Shown piece by piece: positions 41,952-51,647 of a stretch of 64,000 bases of DNA. Origin of the DNA: an uncultured Verrucomicrobiae bacterium (GTDB lineage Bacteria > Verrucomicrobiota > Verrucomicrobiia > Limisphaerales > JAFGQR01); the NCBI GenBank assembly GCA_963788655.1, contig CAWBHS010000055.1:34727-98726 (forward strand). The letters are read 5' to 3'. Position 1 is the stretch's first letter, and the number at the start of each line of letters is the position of its first letter. A program made the position numbers and the translations under genes. The notes beneath the pieces were generated by a model that searched no databases, was not told the DNA's origin, and worked only from the letters and a program-made list of their open reading frames with translations.

Positions 41952-43413
41952 TGTCCTCAATCCACGGGAGTACAATTTCAAAAATCGTGCCGCGATTCAA
42001 CTCCGTTTGGTAGCGCAACCGGCCGCCGTTCTTTTCCACATTGCGCGCCGCGATGGAGAGGCCCAGGCCGGTGCCCCCTTCCTTGGTGCTGAAGAACGGA
42101 TCGAACAACCGTTTTTCCACCTCGGGCGGAATGCCGGGCCCGGTGTCGGCAATTTGCAGGACGACGGCCGGGCGGATTCCTTGGTCGAATTCCGCCGTCT
42201 CCCGGTTCGCGCGCAGGGTGATGGTTCCCTTCTGCCCGATGCTGTCGGCGGCATTTTGGATTAGGTTGATCAGGATCTGTTTGAGCTGCTGCGTATCGAC
42301 GCGGACCCAGGTGGTGCCTGGGGCTTCCAACCGCAATTCGATGGCGGCCTTTTCCAGTTCGGATCGGAGCAGTTCGCCGACATCCTGGAGCAACCGTTCG
42401 GCCGGCACGCGCACGAATTCCGGTTCGGAAGGCCGGGCGAATTGAAGGAAGTCTTTCACGATCCGGTCGAGCCGGTTGATTTCACTGCTGATGACCTGGG
42501 CGTCTTCGTTGTGAGCGAACGCGGGCGACGCTTGTTTGAGGCTGAACAGACGAAATTTGATCGCGGTGAGTGGATTGCGAATTTCATGCGCCACGCCCGC
42601 CGCGAGCGTGCCGAGCGAGGCCAGTTTTTCCTGACGCTCGATGATGGCCTCGCTTTCGCTAAGTTTCTCGCGCAACGGCGCGATCATGCCGCGGTAAATG
42701 AGAAAGGCTACCACCACGACCAGCGCAAGAATCAGGGCCAGCGACAGCTTTAACAATTTTTGAAGCTCGATCAACGCGCGTTGAGTGCCGTCCAGGAACT
42801 GGTCGAACGCCTGATGCTGGGCGGCAACCAGTTGGTCGCACAGGTCTAATACTGGTTTTGAGGCTTGATGGACAGTTTGGTAAGCGGTGGTAAAACTGGC
42901 GGGCGATTCGACCGAAGGGGACGGTTCCAGGAGGGAAGTGGTTTGGGCCAGATACTGCTCAAAAGCGGTTTCCGCCTGCACAAAGAGATCCATCTGTTCG
43001 GTAATCTTCGACTTCTTAAACAGCCGCAAGTCGGCCAGTTCCCTGAGGGCCGAGCGATGGGTTACGATCCAAGCCTGCCACTGATCTGCTTCGCGATGGA
43101 ACTGCTCCCGCCCACGGGCTTGGTTTGTGAGGCGGCGATCCAACAGAATGTCGTTCAGGCCGTGGACGGCATCCCGCAGTATCATCCCCACGGAAAAGTT
43201 TTGTCCTTTGACCGCGGCATATTCTTTTTGCAGGGAGTCCACTTGCCGCCACGCGTTGCTTTTGATCCAGGAGATCAGGAGCACGCCCAGCAGGACCACC
43301 AGGGCAAAACCGAGCAACCGGACCCGGATCGAGGGAACCATGCGGTTGGCACGCCGGGAACCAACGGTGGAATGATTTGTTCCACTGGGGAACCGCTTCA
43401 TACGCTTGATCAT
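41941..43413 (-). CDS. Sensor histidine kinase (start uncertain)
   Basis: Two TM helices, AHEIRNPL H-box, NLIQNA, DTGPGI, GTGLGL. Confidence 0.93.
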   Translation of the reverse strand: MIKRMKRFPSGTNHSTVGSRRANRMVPSIRVRLLGFALVVLLGVLLISWIKSNAWRQVDSLQKEYAAVKGQNFSVGMILRDAVHGLNDILLDRRLTNQARGREQFHREADQWQAWIVTHRSALRELADLRLFKKSKITEQMDLFVQAETAFEQYLAQTTSLLEPSPSVESPASFTTAYQTVHQASKPVLDLCDQLVAAQHQAFDQFLDGTQRALIELQKLLKLSLALILALVVVVAFLIYRGMIAPLREKLSESEAIIERQEKLASLGTLAAGVAHEIRNPLTAIKFRLFSLKQASPAFAHNEDAQVISSEINRLDRIVKDFLQFARPSEPEFVRVPAERLLQDVGELLRSELEKAAIELRLEAPGTTWVRVDTQQLKQILINLIQNAADSIGQKGTITLRANRETAEFDQGIRPAVVLQIADTGPGIPPEVEKRLFDPFFSTKEGGTGLGLSIAARNVEKNGGRLRYQTELNRGTIFEIVLPWIEDNAT

Positions 43414-43459
43414 GTCAAAACCGTTCAAGAATCCAAGGCCAGACCGAATTTATCCGCCA

Positions 43460-43475
43460 TGGCACGGTCTGGGCT
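43460..43475 (+). promoter_or_regulatory. Possible sigma-54 (-24/-12) promoter
   Basis: TGGCAC-N5-GGGC with GG and GC at canonical spacing, divergent from the HK/NtrC pair; -12 box imperfect. Confidence 0.35.
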
Positions 43476-43916
43476 TAAGACATGTTACGGATAGCTAGAA
43501 CTGTGCGCACGAAGGCCCATTCGACCTTTTGCGAACTATGAAGACCCGGATCGCAATCAAATCTTTTAGTGACTTGTCCTATGAAGTGGTCGCCCGCCAG
43601 ACGCCGGTGGCCCAATTGGCCCGCGCGGACCCATCGAGAGGCGTGCGGGAACCGACGCTGGAGCGGGCTGGTTATTCCGGGCACCGCTGGGATGCGTCCC
43701 GAGCCGGAGCGGGGAACGGCAGTGCCGACCAGAGCGGCAAGTCCCCCAACCATTCGGGTGGAAATTGTGATGAAACTTCCTCCTACAGTGCATGAGTCAG
43801 GCCTGCCATACCAGCCGCTCGCAGTGGGTTTCTGCAATTTTTACCCATACCACCCGCGGACATTCCTTTCCCCCCGAAGGACTCCGCGGGTGGACCAAAC
43901 TTGAAACTAAGGTCCA

Positions 43917-44423
43917 ATGAAAAAGCGTGTGTTAATCGTGGATGACGACGACTCGGTGCGCGAGTCGCTCAAGAAAGTGCTTCAGGACTCTGGCTACGAA
44001 GTGGTGCTGGCCCTCGACGGACAACAGGCCATGGGCCGCCTCGATCCGGGGCCCATGGATGTATTGCTGCTCGATCTCAATCTCCCGGATCGGAGCGGTT
44101 GGGACGTGTATGAATCCCTGACCACGCGTTATCCCCTGGTGCCCATAGTCATCATTACCGGCATGCCCAATCAGCACCCCGTGGCGCTGGCGGCCGGCGC
44201 GGATGCCTTGTTTGAAAAGCCGGTGGAAGTGTCGCAACTCCTGGACACCCTGGCGGGTTTGCTGACCCAACCCCGGGAAGCGCGGCTGCAACGGTTGTGC
44301 GGTTATCGAGACGACATGGTCTTTGCGGCGCCGACGGGCGTGCTTCGCCGGAACAATGGGACAGTAGGTGTACGGCGGCGGCCGGCGTGTTCCCGACCTT
44401 CCGCGTCCGCCGGTTCGCAGTAA
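43917..44423 (+). CDS. Response regulator receiver protein
   Basis: VLIVDDD, LLDLNLP, IIITG, FEKP. Confidence 0.9.
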   Translation: MKKRVLIVDDDDSVRESLKKVLQDSGYEVVLALDGQQAMGRLDPGPMDVLLLDLNLPDRSGWDVYESLTTRYPLVPIVIITGMPNQHPVALAAGADALFEKPVEVSQLLDTLAGLLTQPREARLQRLCGYRDDMVFAAPTGVLRRNNGTVGVRRRPACSRPSASAGSQ

Positions 44424-44448
44424 GGATAATTGCTAGCCCCACTGAATC

Positions 44449-45324
44449 ATGAGTCCAGACCGCCTCCAAGCCCAACGCTTCGAACAGAAGTACATCGTCA
44501 ACGAGACGGATGCGCTCGCCATCCGGGACTTCGCGCAGTGTCATCTGGATCTGGATGAATACGGCGTCGGCAAACCGGATTATTCATACCCGGTTCATAG
44601 CCTGTATCTGGATTCTGATGATCTCCGTACCTACCGGGATACGATCAACGGTAACAAGAACCGCTTCAAACTGCGGCTGCGCTTCTACAACAACCACCCG
44701 GATGCGCCGGTGTTCTTCGAGATCAAACGGCGCATGAACAACTGCATTCGCAAACAACGGGGTGGGGTGCGGCGCCACATGGTGGAACGTCTGCTCGCCG
44801 GCGAGCTGCCCACGCCCGAACAGTTGGTTTCGCGCGATCCCAAGCATTTCTTTGCCGTCCAAAACTTTTGCCACTTGATGCAGGCCATCCAGGCAGCACC
44901 CAAAGTCCACGTGGCCTACGTGCGGGAAGCCTACGTGCCGCACGACGACAACTCGTCGCGGTTAACTCTCGACCGCCTGGTCCGCACTGAACCGGAGCTG
45001 ACCGCCCGGCTGTCCACCCAAATGATCAATCCGCGGCTCGTCTGGGGCAAGGCCGTGGTCTTGGAGCTTAAATTTACCGACCGCTTCCCCAAATGGTTCG
45101 GGGAGTTGGTGCGCACGTTCAATTTGCAGCAATGTGGCGCGGCCAAGTATGCCGACGGAATTACCATTCACAATGGGAAGATTCCCCGGCATAAACACAT
45201 GCCCCCACTGACCGCCGACTTCAACTGGCCCACCGAAAATGCCTTCCCGGTTGCCTCGCCATTCGCTGGTCCGGCTTCACCGGCGGCCAATCCATTGGTC
45301 TTGATTACCGCTCGGAAGGATTGA
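44449..45324 (+). CDS. VTC (polyphosphate polymerase) domain protein
   Basis: RFEQKY, SLYLD, KLRLRFY, FFEIK, RLTLD, VLELKF. Confidence 0.85.
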   Translation: MSPDRLQAQRFEQKYIVNETDALAIRDFAQCHLDLDEYGVGKPDYSYPVHSLYLDSDDLRTYRDTINGNKNRFKLRLRFYNNHPDAPVFFEIKRRMNNCIRKQRGGVRRHMVERLLAGELPTPEQLVSRDPKHFFAVQNFCHLMQAIQAAPKVHVAYVREAYVPHDDNSSRLTLDRLVRTEPELTARLSTQMINPRLVWGKAVVLELKFTDRFPKWFGELVRTFNLQQCGAAKYADGITIHNGKIPRHKHMPPLTADFNWPTENAFPVASPFAGPASPAANPLVLITARKD

Positions 45325-45527
45325 CGGTCGTCTGCCCGCTGGTCAGGCCGACGCTTTGCATCCCTGATTTGGAGCAGGCGTGTTCGCCAAAAAACCTCAA
45401 AAGATCGGGCGTTGAGCCCCTGAACCGGCATGGAGAATTACCCGCGAACAACTTGTGAACCGGCTGTGGACAATTCGGAATAGAAAGGGTTTGCCGCTGG
45501 CGGCGGCGGCGTTCAAATTGGTTCTTC

Positions 45528-46169
45528 GTGCAACCATCGACCGTCACAAATCCATCGGCCGCCGCTGCTCCGCCGCTCGATCCGCGGGAACAGCAGGGCC
45601 GCGAGTTTTTGGTTGCGGGCCGTTTCCGCAAGGCGCGTGACATCTTCAAGGATCTGTGCAAGAAATACCGGCTCCAATACCTGCCACTGCTGATTGAAGC
45701 CAACCTCGGACTGGCGCGCGAAATGATGGGTAGGGGCATGGTGTCTGAGGCGCAGCAGGTGATCGCGTATTTGAAAACCATCGCGCCGCCGGCCGCCTTG
45801 CAAGCCCTGACCGGCGAAGCCGTCAGTCGCACCGGCAATTGGCAGGACGTGCTGGCTGCGGTGCTGCCGGCGCTGGCAAATCCCGCCGCCGAAGTGCCGA
45901 TGAGCGAACGGCTGCGGCTGGCGGACCAGGCGGTCCTGGCGTTTCAGGTCGTGCCGGCGGATGGTTCCGCGGGGCCGGTGGTCGCGGCGGAATTGCACGC
46001 CATTCATGAATCCCTTCAGTCCGTGTGTCGCCAACATTACGATCAAGCCTTGGAAGCGATTCGGTCCCTGATCCACGAGAGCGCCGCCGCCATCAAGGAA
46101 CGCAACTGGGCGCTCCTCGACCCGAAGAACGATACGATGTCCGATTTGTTGTTCTACCTGGAGGATTGA
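45528..46169 (+). CDS. Hypothetical TPR-like protein, possibly a deletion chimera
   Basis: Helical TPR-like N-terminus; ends DLLFYLED; GTG start. Confidence 0.5.
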   Translation: MQPSTVTNPSAAAAPPLDPREQQGREFLVAGRFRKARDIFKDLCKKYRLQYLPLLIEANLGLAREMMGRGMVSEAQQVIAYLKTIAPPAALQALTGEAVSRTGNWQDVLAAVLPALANPAAEVPMSERLRLADQAVLAFQVVPADGSAGPVVAAELHAIHESLQSVCRQHYDQALEAIRSLIHESAAAIKERNWALLDPKNDTMSDLLFYLED

Positions 46170-46171
46170 CC

Positions 46172-46480
46172 ATGCGCGTGACGTGTCCCGCCTGCCGCAA
46201 ACCGAATGACTTTTTCGAATCGCCCGCATTCTGCCAACGCTGCGGGGCTGACCTGACGTCGCTGTTGGCCGTGGAACAAGCCGCCTTCCGGTATCGGCGC
46301 GCGGCTCTGGGCGCCTTGCACCGACGGGACTGGGAGACCGCCATGGATCACGCGGAGCAATCGTGGTCCTTGCACCGTTCGGCCCTCGCGGCGCACATCG
46401 CGTTTCTGGCGGCCGGTTCGGGATGGGAGGAAGAGGTGCTGGTTTGGAAGGAGCGACTGGACCGCGCCACCTCCACGTAG
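46172..46480 (+). CDS. Small zinc-ribbon plus TPR-like protein
   Basis: CPAC...CQRCGADL followed by helical region; GGAGG upstream. Confidence 0.75.
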   Translation: MRVTCPACRKPNDFFESPAFCQRCGADLTSLLAVEQAAFRYRRAALGALHRRDWETAMDHAEQSWSLHRSALAAHIAFLAAGSGWEEEVLVWKERLDRATST

Positions 46481-46704
46481 CGGCTTGCTTTACAGGCTCG
46501 GAAATTCTGATCCCGTGGCAGACTGGTGAGTCCAATCCCACTCACCCGCCCTTCCGCCTTCGCGCGGCTTCGGCGCGACGAAACGGGCATATCCTGTTCC
46601 GCGCGACCAGCTCAAAAACAGTCCCGCGTATCATCCGGACCAGCCTGCCGGATATGTTTTGATGGACTTGACTCGGCAAGCCTAGTCTTCAAGCTCCTGC
46701 CATC

Positions 46705-47619
46705 ATGAAATTTGGCGCGCACATGCCCACCAGTGGTGGGGTATGGAAAGCTTTGGAACGTGGAGCCAGCATCGGCTGCGAAATCATTCAGCTTTTCGTG
46801 AAAAACAATATGCAGTGGTTGGGCAAACCGTTTTCGCCCGCGACGCTGGGCAATTACGCCAAGGAACGCGCCGCGCACCCATTCGAGGTCGTCTTTGGTC
46901 ATACGGGTTATCTGATTAATCTGGCCGCGCCGCCCTCGCCTAATCGCGACAAGTCCATCGCTTCGCTGCTTCAGGAAATCCAACTCGCCACGGACTTGGG
47001 ATTGCCCTTTCTGGTCCTGCACCCAGGCTCCCATCTGGGCACCGGCGAAGCCGCCGGGATCAAGCAGGCGATCGCTGGATTGAATGAAGTGTTCCGTGCC
47101 ACGCGCAATTCACCGGTTCGGATTGCTTTGGAAAACACGGCAGGGCAGGGGAATTGTCTGGGCGGCACCATTGCGCACCTAGCCGCCATCTTCGACCGGG
47201 TCCAACGTTCGGAACGACTCGGCGTTTGCCTGGATACCGCCCACTTTTTTGCTGCCGGCTATGATATTCGCACGGCCAAAGGCTGGAACACGGCCATCCG
47301 CGAAGTCGAGACGCTCATCGGCCTCGACCAGGTGTTGGCCTTCCATTTGAACGACTCAAAGTCCGGACTGGGCTCGCATTTGGATCGGCACGCGGGGATT
47401 GGGCAGGGCCAATTGGGTCGCGAAGCGTTCCGGCACATCGTGAATGATCCCCGGTTTCGCCGGCATCCCGGTTGCCTGGAGACACCCAAGTCGCCCGATT
47501 TGCATGAGGACGTGGAGAACCTGGCCGTGCTTCGTTCACTGGTTAAACGGTTGCGCCCTCGTAAACGGTCAGTCGCCCAAAGCCGTGCGGCTGGTTCGCC
47601 TGCCACTCGATGCCGGTGA
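46705..47619 (+). CDS. nfo: Endonuclease IV (AP endonuclease)
   Basis: GAHM, H.GYLINLA, VLHPGSH, LENTAGQG, CLDTAH, HLNDSK, DRHA.IG.G, LETP. Confidence 0.95.
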   Translation: MKFGAHMPTSGGVWKALERGASIGCEIIQLFVKNNMQWLGKPFSPATLGNYAKERAAHPFEVVFGHTGYLINLAAPPSPNRDKSIASLLQEIQLATDLGLPFLVLHPGSHLGTGEAAGIKQAIAGLNEVFRATRNSPVRIALENTAGQGNCLGGTIAHLAAIFDRVQRSERLGVCLDTAHFFAAGYDIRTAKGWNTAIREVETLIGLDQVLAFHLNDSKSGLGSHLDRHAGIGQGQLGREAFRHIVNDPRFRRHPGCLETPKSPDLHEDVENLAVLRSLVKRLRPRKRSVAQSRAAGSPATRCR

Positions 47620-47669
47620 TCGTGTTGTAGCACGTGCGCCTAAGCCGCAAAAGGGTTGGACGGCTCCAT

Positions 47670-47742
47670 TTCACCGCAAAGCCCCGAAGAGCGCAAAGAG
47701 GCTCACCGACATCCTTTGCGCTCTTCGTGGCTTGGCGGTGAA
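47670..47742. repeat. Empty inverted-repeat element of the CCGCAAAG family
   Basis: TTCACCGCAAAGCCCCGAAGAGCGCAAAG / CTTTGCGCTCTTCGTGGCTTGGCGGTGAA separated by 15 nt. Confidence 0.8.
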
Positions 47743-47968
47743 TCGGGCCGTCCCCCCAAAAACCTCGCATTCGAAGTCGATCCTCGTACGTCCTGGGATG
47801 CCTTCCCTTTCGGAATTGAACGGCGATGGCAACTATGGTGGCATGGCAATGGTGGCTATTGATTACATTATCCCGGTGGGGAATTATGACCGTCCTGACC
47901 AATCATCCGGCCCAGCCTTTGCCGCGGGCCGAAAGAAAGTTTGCACCGCGCCGCGGGAATCGGCATAA

Positions 47969-49030
47969 ATGCCGCGTATGGTCCAGACAGTCTTCGGCTC
48001 AAAACCGGTTGCCGACGTTGACATGCTGCACGACGAATATATCCAAGCGTTTCGCTGGATGCTGTTGGCCCGCGTATTGGACGAAAAAATGGCCAATTTG
48101 TATCGCGGCGGCAAAATCCATGGAGGCGTTTTCATGGGTAAAGGTCAGGAGGCGCTCAGTGCGGCCGTCGGCATGTCGTTGCGCAAGGGGGACGTGTTCG
48201 CGCCGCTCATCCGCGATGCGGCCGGCCGGTTGGCGTTCGGCGAACCGATCCTGGATGCCGTCCGCACGTATCTCGGCTCGCCGTTGGGGCCGATGCGGGC
48301 GCGCGATGGCAACGTTCACCGGGGGCGTCCCCGCGAGGGCTTGCTGGCGATGATCAGTCATCTCGGGGCCATGGTGGCGGCAGTCAATGGCATGCTCTTC
48401 GCCCGGCGGCTCAAGGGAATTACCGGCATGGTCGGCGCTACGTGCCTCGGTGATGGCGCGACATCCACCGGCGCCTTCCACGAAGCCCTGAACCAGGCCG
48501 CGGTCGAGCGCTTGCCGCTGGTGCTGGTGGTGGCCAACAACCAATACGCGTATTCCACGCCCAACTCGCGGCAATTTGCCTGCCGCGATCTCATGGATAA
48601 AGCCGTGGGATACGGCGTGGCCGGCCATCAAGTGGACGGCACGGATTTGCAGGCTTGCTTGAAGGGGGTCGGGGGCGCGGTGCAGGCGGCGCGCGAAGGC
48701 CGGGGCCCGCAACTGGTGGTGGCCACGTTGCTGCGCTTGTGCGGGCATGGGGAACACGATGACGCCAGTTATGTGGACCCGAAAATCAAGGCGTCGGACA
48801 TTGGCCGGGACTGTGTGAAGATCGCCGAGGCCTTCCTGCGGCAACAGGAATGGTTGACCGAAGCCGAATTGGCGGAAGCCTGGGCGCAGACCGAGCATCA
48901 AGTGGAAGAAGCCATTGCCACCGTCCAACGGGAAGGCGGGCCGGATCCTTACAAGGAGAACTGGTGTACGCTCTCTTCGAAACATCTGGCCGAAGGTTAT
49001 GAAATGGTTTGCGGCGCGAACGGGCATTAA
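47969..49030 (+). CDS. 2-oxoacid dehydrogenase E1 alpha subunit
   Basis: GQEA, TPP motif GDGATSTG...ANN, RLCGHGEHD. Confidence 0.92.
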   Translation: MPRMVQTVFGSKPVADVDMLHDEYIQAFRWMLLARVLDEKMANLYRGGKIHGGVFMGKGQEALSAAVGMSLRKGDVFAPLIRDAAGRLAFGEPILDAVRTYLGSPLGPMRARDGNVHRGRPREGLLAMISHLGAMVAAVNGMLFARRLKGITGMVGATCLGDGATSTGAFHEALNQAAVERLPLVLVVANNQYAYSTPNSRQFACRDLMDKAVGYGVAGHQVDGTDLQACLKGVGGAVQAAREGRGPQLVVATLLRLCGHGEHDDASYVDPKIKASDIGRDCVKIAEAFLRQQEWLTEAELAEAWAQTEHQVEEAIATVQREGGPDPYKENWCTLSSKHLAEGYEMVCGANGH

Positions 49031-49036
49031 GCGGGC

Positions 49037-50002
49037 ATGAGCATCACCTATCTCGAAGCCATTCGCGAAGCCCAAGCGCGCGCCCTCAAGGACGATCCGC
49101 GGGTGTTCATTTACGGCCAGGACGTGGGCAATTTTGGCGGCGCCTTCAAAGCCACCAAGAACCTGGCCAAGGAATATCCCGGGCGCGTTCTGGATGCCCC
49201 AATCAGCGAAGACGCCATGGTGGGCTTGGCAGTGGGCGCCGCGCTCGAAGGGATGCGGCCCATCATCGAAATGCAGTTTGCGGACTTTTCGACGCCCGGT
49301 TTCAACCAGATTGTCAATCACGCCGCCACCTGTTATTGGCGCACCAATGTCCCGTGCCCGATCACCTTGCGGTTGCCTTCCGGCGGCACGTCCGGCAGCG
49401 GTCCGTTCCACAGCCAGACGCTGGAAACCATCTACGCGCATTATCCGGGGCTGGTCGTGGTCATGCCGGCCACAGTCGAAGACGCCTACAGCATGTTGTT
49501 GGAGGCGGTGGCCATCGATGACCCGGTCATCTTCTGCGAGCACAAACTGCTTTACTACCACCTCAAAGCCGAGTCGCTGCCCACGGAAGCTCTGCCGGTG
49601 GGCAAGGCGCGCATTGCGCGCGCGGGGCGCGATATGACCATCGTCACCTACAGCGCGATGCTGCACGAAGCCTTGGCGGTCGCCGACGAACTGGCAGCCG
49701 AAGGCACCAAGATCGAAGTGGTGGATTTGCGTTCGGTCAAGCCGCTGGACACGGACACCGTGATGGCGTCGGTGGCCCGCACTGGACGTCTGCTGTGCGT
49801 GGGCGAATCCTGGCCGTGGGGGGGAGTGACCGCTGAGGTGATCGCCCGCGTGACCAGCGAGGGACTGGATCTGCTGGATGCGCCGCCCCAGCGATTGAAC
49901 GCCAAAGATACCCCCGTGCCTTACCACCCCAGCCTCTGGGCGGCCCATCGTCCGACCGCCCGCACCATTGCCGCCGCTGCCCGGCGCGTGCTCCGATCGT
50001 GA
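49037..50002 (+). CDS. 2-oxoacid dehydrogenase E1 beta subunit
   Basis: GQDVG.FGGAF, DAPISE, EMQFADF, GPFHSQ, DPVIFCEHK. Confidence 0.95.
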   Translation: MSITYLEAIREAQARALKDDPRVFIYGQDVGNFGGAFKATKNLAKEYPGRVLDAPISEDAMVGLAVGAALEGMRPIIEMQFADFSTPGFNQIVNHAATCYWRTNVPCPITLRLPSGGTSGSGPFHSQTLETIYAHYPGLVVVMPATVEDAYSMLLEAVAIDDPVIFCEHKLLYYHLKAESLPTEALPVGKARIARAGRDMTIVTYSAMLHEALAVADELAAEGTKIEVVDLRSVKPLDTDTVMASVARTGRLLCVGESWPWGGVTAEVIARVTSEGLDLLDAPPQRLNAKDTPVPYHPSLWAAHRPTARTIAAAARRVLRS

Positions 50003-50055
50003 TGTTGAAATGAACTGGCCACGCTGCTCATCAACCCCGCCTCACTGCTGATCTC

Positions 50056-51264
50056 ATGCCTCAGATTCCAATTATCATGCCGCAACTGGGCGAATCCATC
50101 GCCGAAGCCACCGTGGTCAATTTGCTGGTGAACGTGGGCGACCAGGTCGCCGCGCACCAGGATATGATCGAAGTGGAAACCAACAAGGCCACCATGAACG
50201 TGGCCAGCCCGTGCGCTGGACGCCTCCAAAAGCTGGTCGTCAACGTGAATGAGAGTTATCCGGTGGGGGCCGTGCTCGGTTATCTGGAAGCCAGTCGCGA
50301 AGAGGCCACGCGCATGGGCTTGGATCAGCCCGAAGAACCGGAGTCAACGGAAGAACCCGGGCAGCCCACGGGGGAACAAACTTCAACGGCTCCCGAAGAA
50401 AAGCGCCGCCAAGTCGAGCCGCGCGTCCGTGGATTGCCGGTGCCGGCGCACGCCGCCGGGGCCAGTTACATGTCGCCGCGCATGAAAGCCCGCATGCAGG
50501 AACTGGGATTGCACGCCGCCGATTTGTCCGGACTGCCGGGCAGCGGTTCCGGCGGACGCGTGACCATCCAGGATTTCGAAACCTTCCTGGCCAACCTGGA
50601 AAAGCACAAGTTGACCAACGCCTCCTCGATGCGGGTGGCGGTGGCCGATGCCATGCGCCGGAGTTGGACGCGGCCCATCGCCACGGTGGGCTTGCCGGTG
50701 GCGCTGGATGCGATGCTCGCGCATCGCAAGACCCTCAACCCCAAACCGGGGCCGGCGCTGTATGCCGCGCGCGCGCTGGCGATCGCTCTGGCCGAAAACA
50801 GCGCGCCGGCGGGCCGCTTGATTGGCCATCATGTCGTGCATCCACCGGCCATCGACGTGGGCGTCGCCGTCGAGGCGGAGGACGGCGTGCTGGTGCCGGT
50901 GTTGCGCGGTGCAGACAAGCAGCCTTTAGCGAAATTGGTCACCCGTTACAACGAACTGGTGGAATTGGCTCGGCAACGCCGGTTGCCGCCGGACGCTACC
51001 GGCGGGTCCATCGCCACCGTGACCAACTACGGTACCTTCGGACTCACCTGGGCCACTCCGATTCCGTTGCCGGAGCAAACACTCGTATTGGGGATGGGCG
51101 CCGGTCGGCGGATGCCGCAATGGGATCAACAAAAAGGCGAGTTTGTGCCGGTGATGGAAGGGCAATTCACCGTGAGCTTTGACCACCGCGTGCTGGACGG
51201 CGGTGCCGCCGGACGCTTGCTGGCGCGTATCGCCGCGTTGCTGGCGGCGCCGGAGAAGTTATAG
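50056..51264 (+). CDS. Dihydrolipoamide acyltransferase E2
   Basis: Lipoyl domain EVETNKA, GSGSGGRVT, SFDHRVLDG. Confidence 0.92.
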   Translation: MPQIPIIMPQLGESIAEATVVNLLVNVGDQVAAHQDMIEVETNKATMNVASPCAGRLQKLVVNVNESYPVGAVLGYLEASREEATRMGLDQPEEPESTEEPGQPTGEQTSTAPEEKRRQVEPRVRGLPVPAHAAGASYMSPRMKARMQELGLHAADLSGLPGSGSGGRVTIQDFETFLANLEKHKLTNASSMRVAVADAMRRSWTRPIATVGLPVALDAMLAHRKTLNPKPGPALYAARALAIALAENSAPAGRLIGHHVVHPPAIDVGVAVEAEDGVLVPVLRGADKQPLAKLVTRYNELVELARQRRLPPDATGGSIATVTNYGTFGLTWATPIPLPEQTLVLGMGAGRRMPQWDQQKGEFVPVMEGQFTVSFDHRVLDGGAAGRLLARIAALLAAPEKL

Positions 51265-51273
51265 ACCGGCACC

Positions 51274-51635
51274 AGCGTGCTGCCGGCATCCTGCTGGCAG
51301 TTTTGGAACAAAGCGTTCGCAGAATAGCCAATCACCAAACCGCCAGGGCGCCGGCCAATATCGCGGCAGCGTTTGGAGCGCGCGGAGATTGCTCCCGCTT
51401 TCGTTGAACCAACGCGCCACAAACTGGAACGCACCGCCAGGAAAGCCTCGACGCTCTCTCCCCAACCGAAAGCGCCGGCAAGCCGGACGCACTCCAAACG
51501 CTGGCGCGACTGACAATGGGCTGCCCCGTTTAAATGACCAATGAGCAGTGCTTCGGTAAAAGTCTGATCGAGAACGATCGGGACTTGGACCTTGGGCATT
51601 CTCTGGTGCTTGGTCCTTGGAAATTGGTCATTCCT
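51274..51635. repeat. Stack of three repeat families between convergent genes
   Basis: Family A arm at 51274, GCACTCCAAACGC doublet ~51368-51510, AATGACCAAT / ATTGGTCATT element with heptamer iterations ~51533-51632. Confidence 0.75.
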
Positions 51636-51647
51636 CAATCAGGCCGC

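Noticed and set aside
47999..49948. Long antisense ORFs (also 3649..5445, 17386..18900, 36544..38265, 39555..41195, 57026..58396)
   Set aside because: Shadow frames opposite well-supported genes, expected in high-GC DNA.
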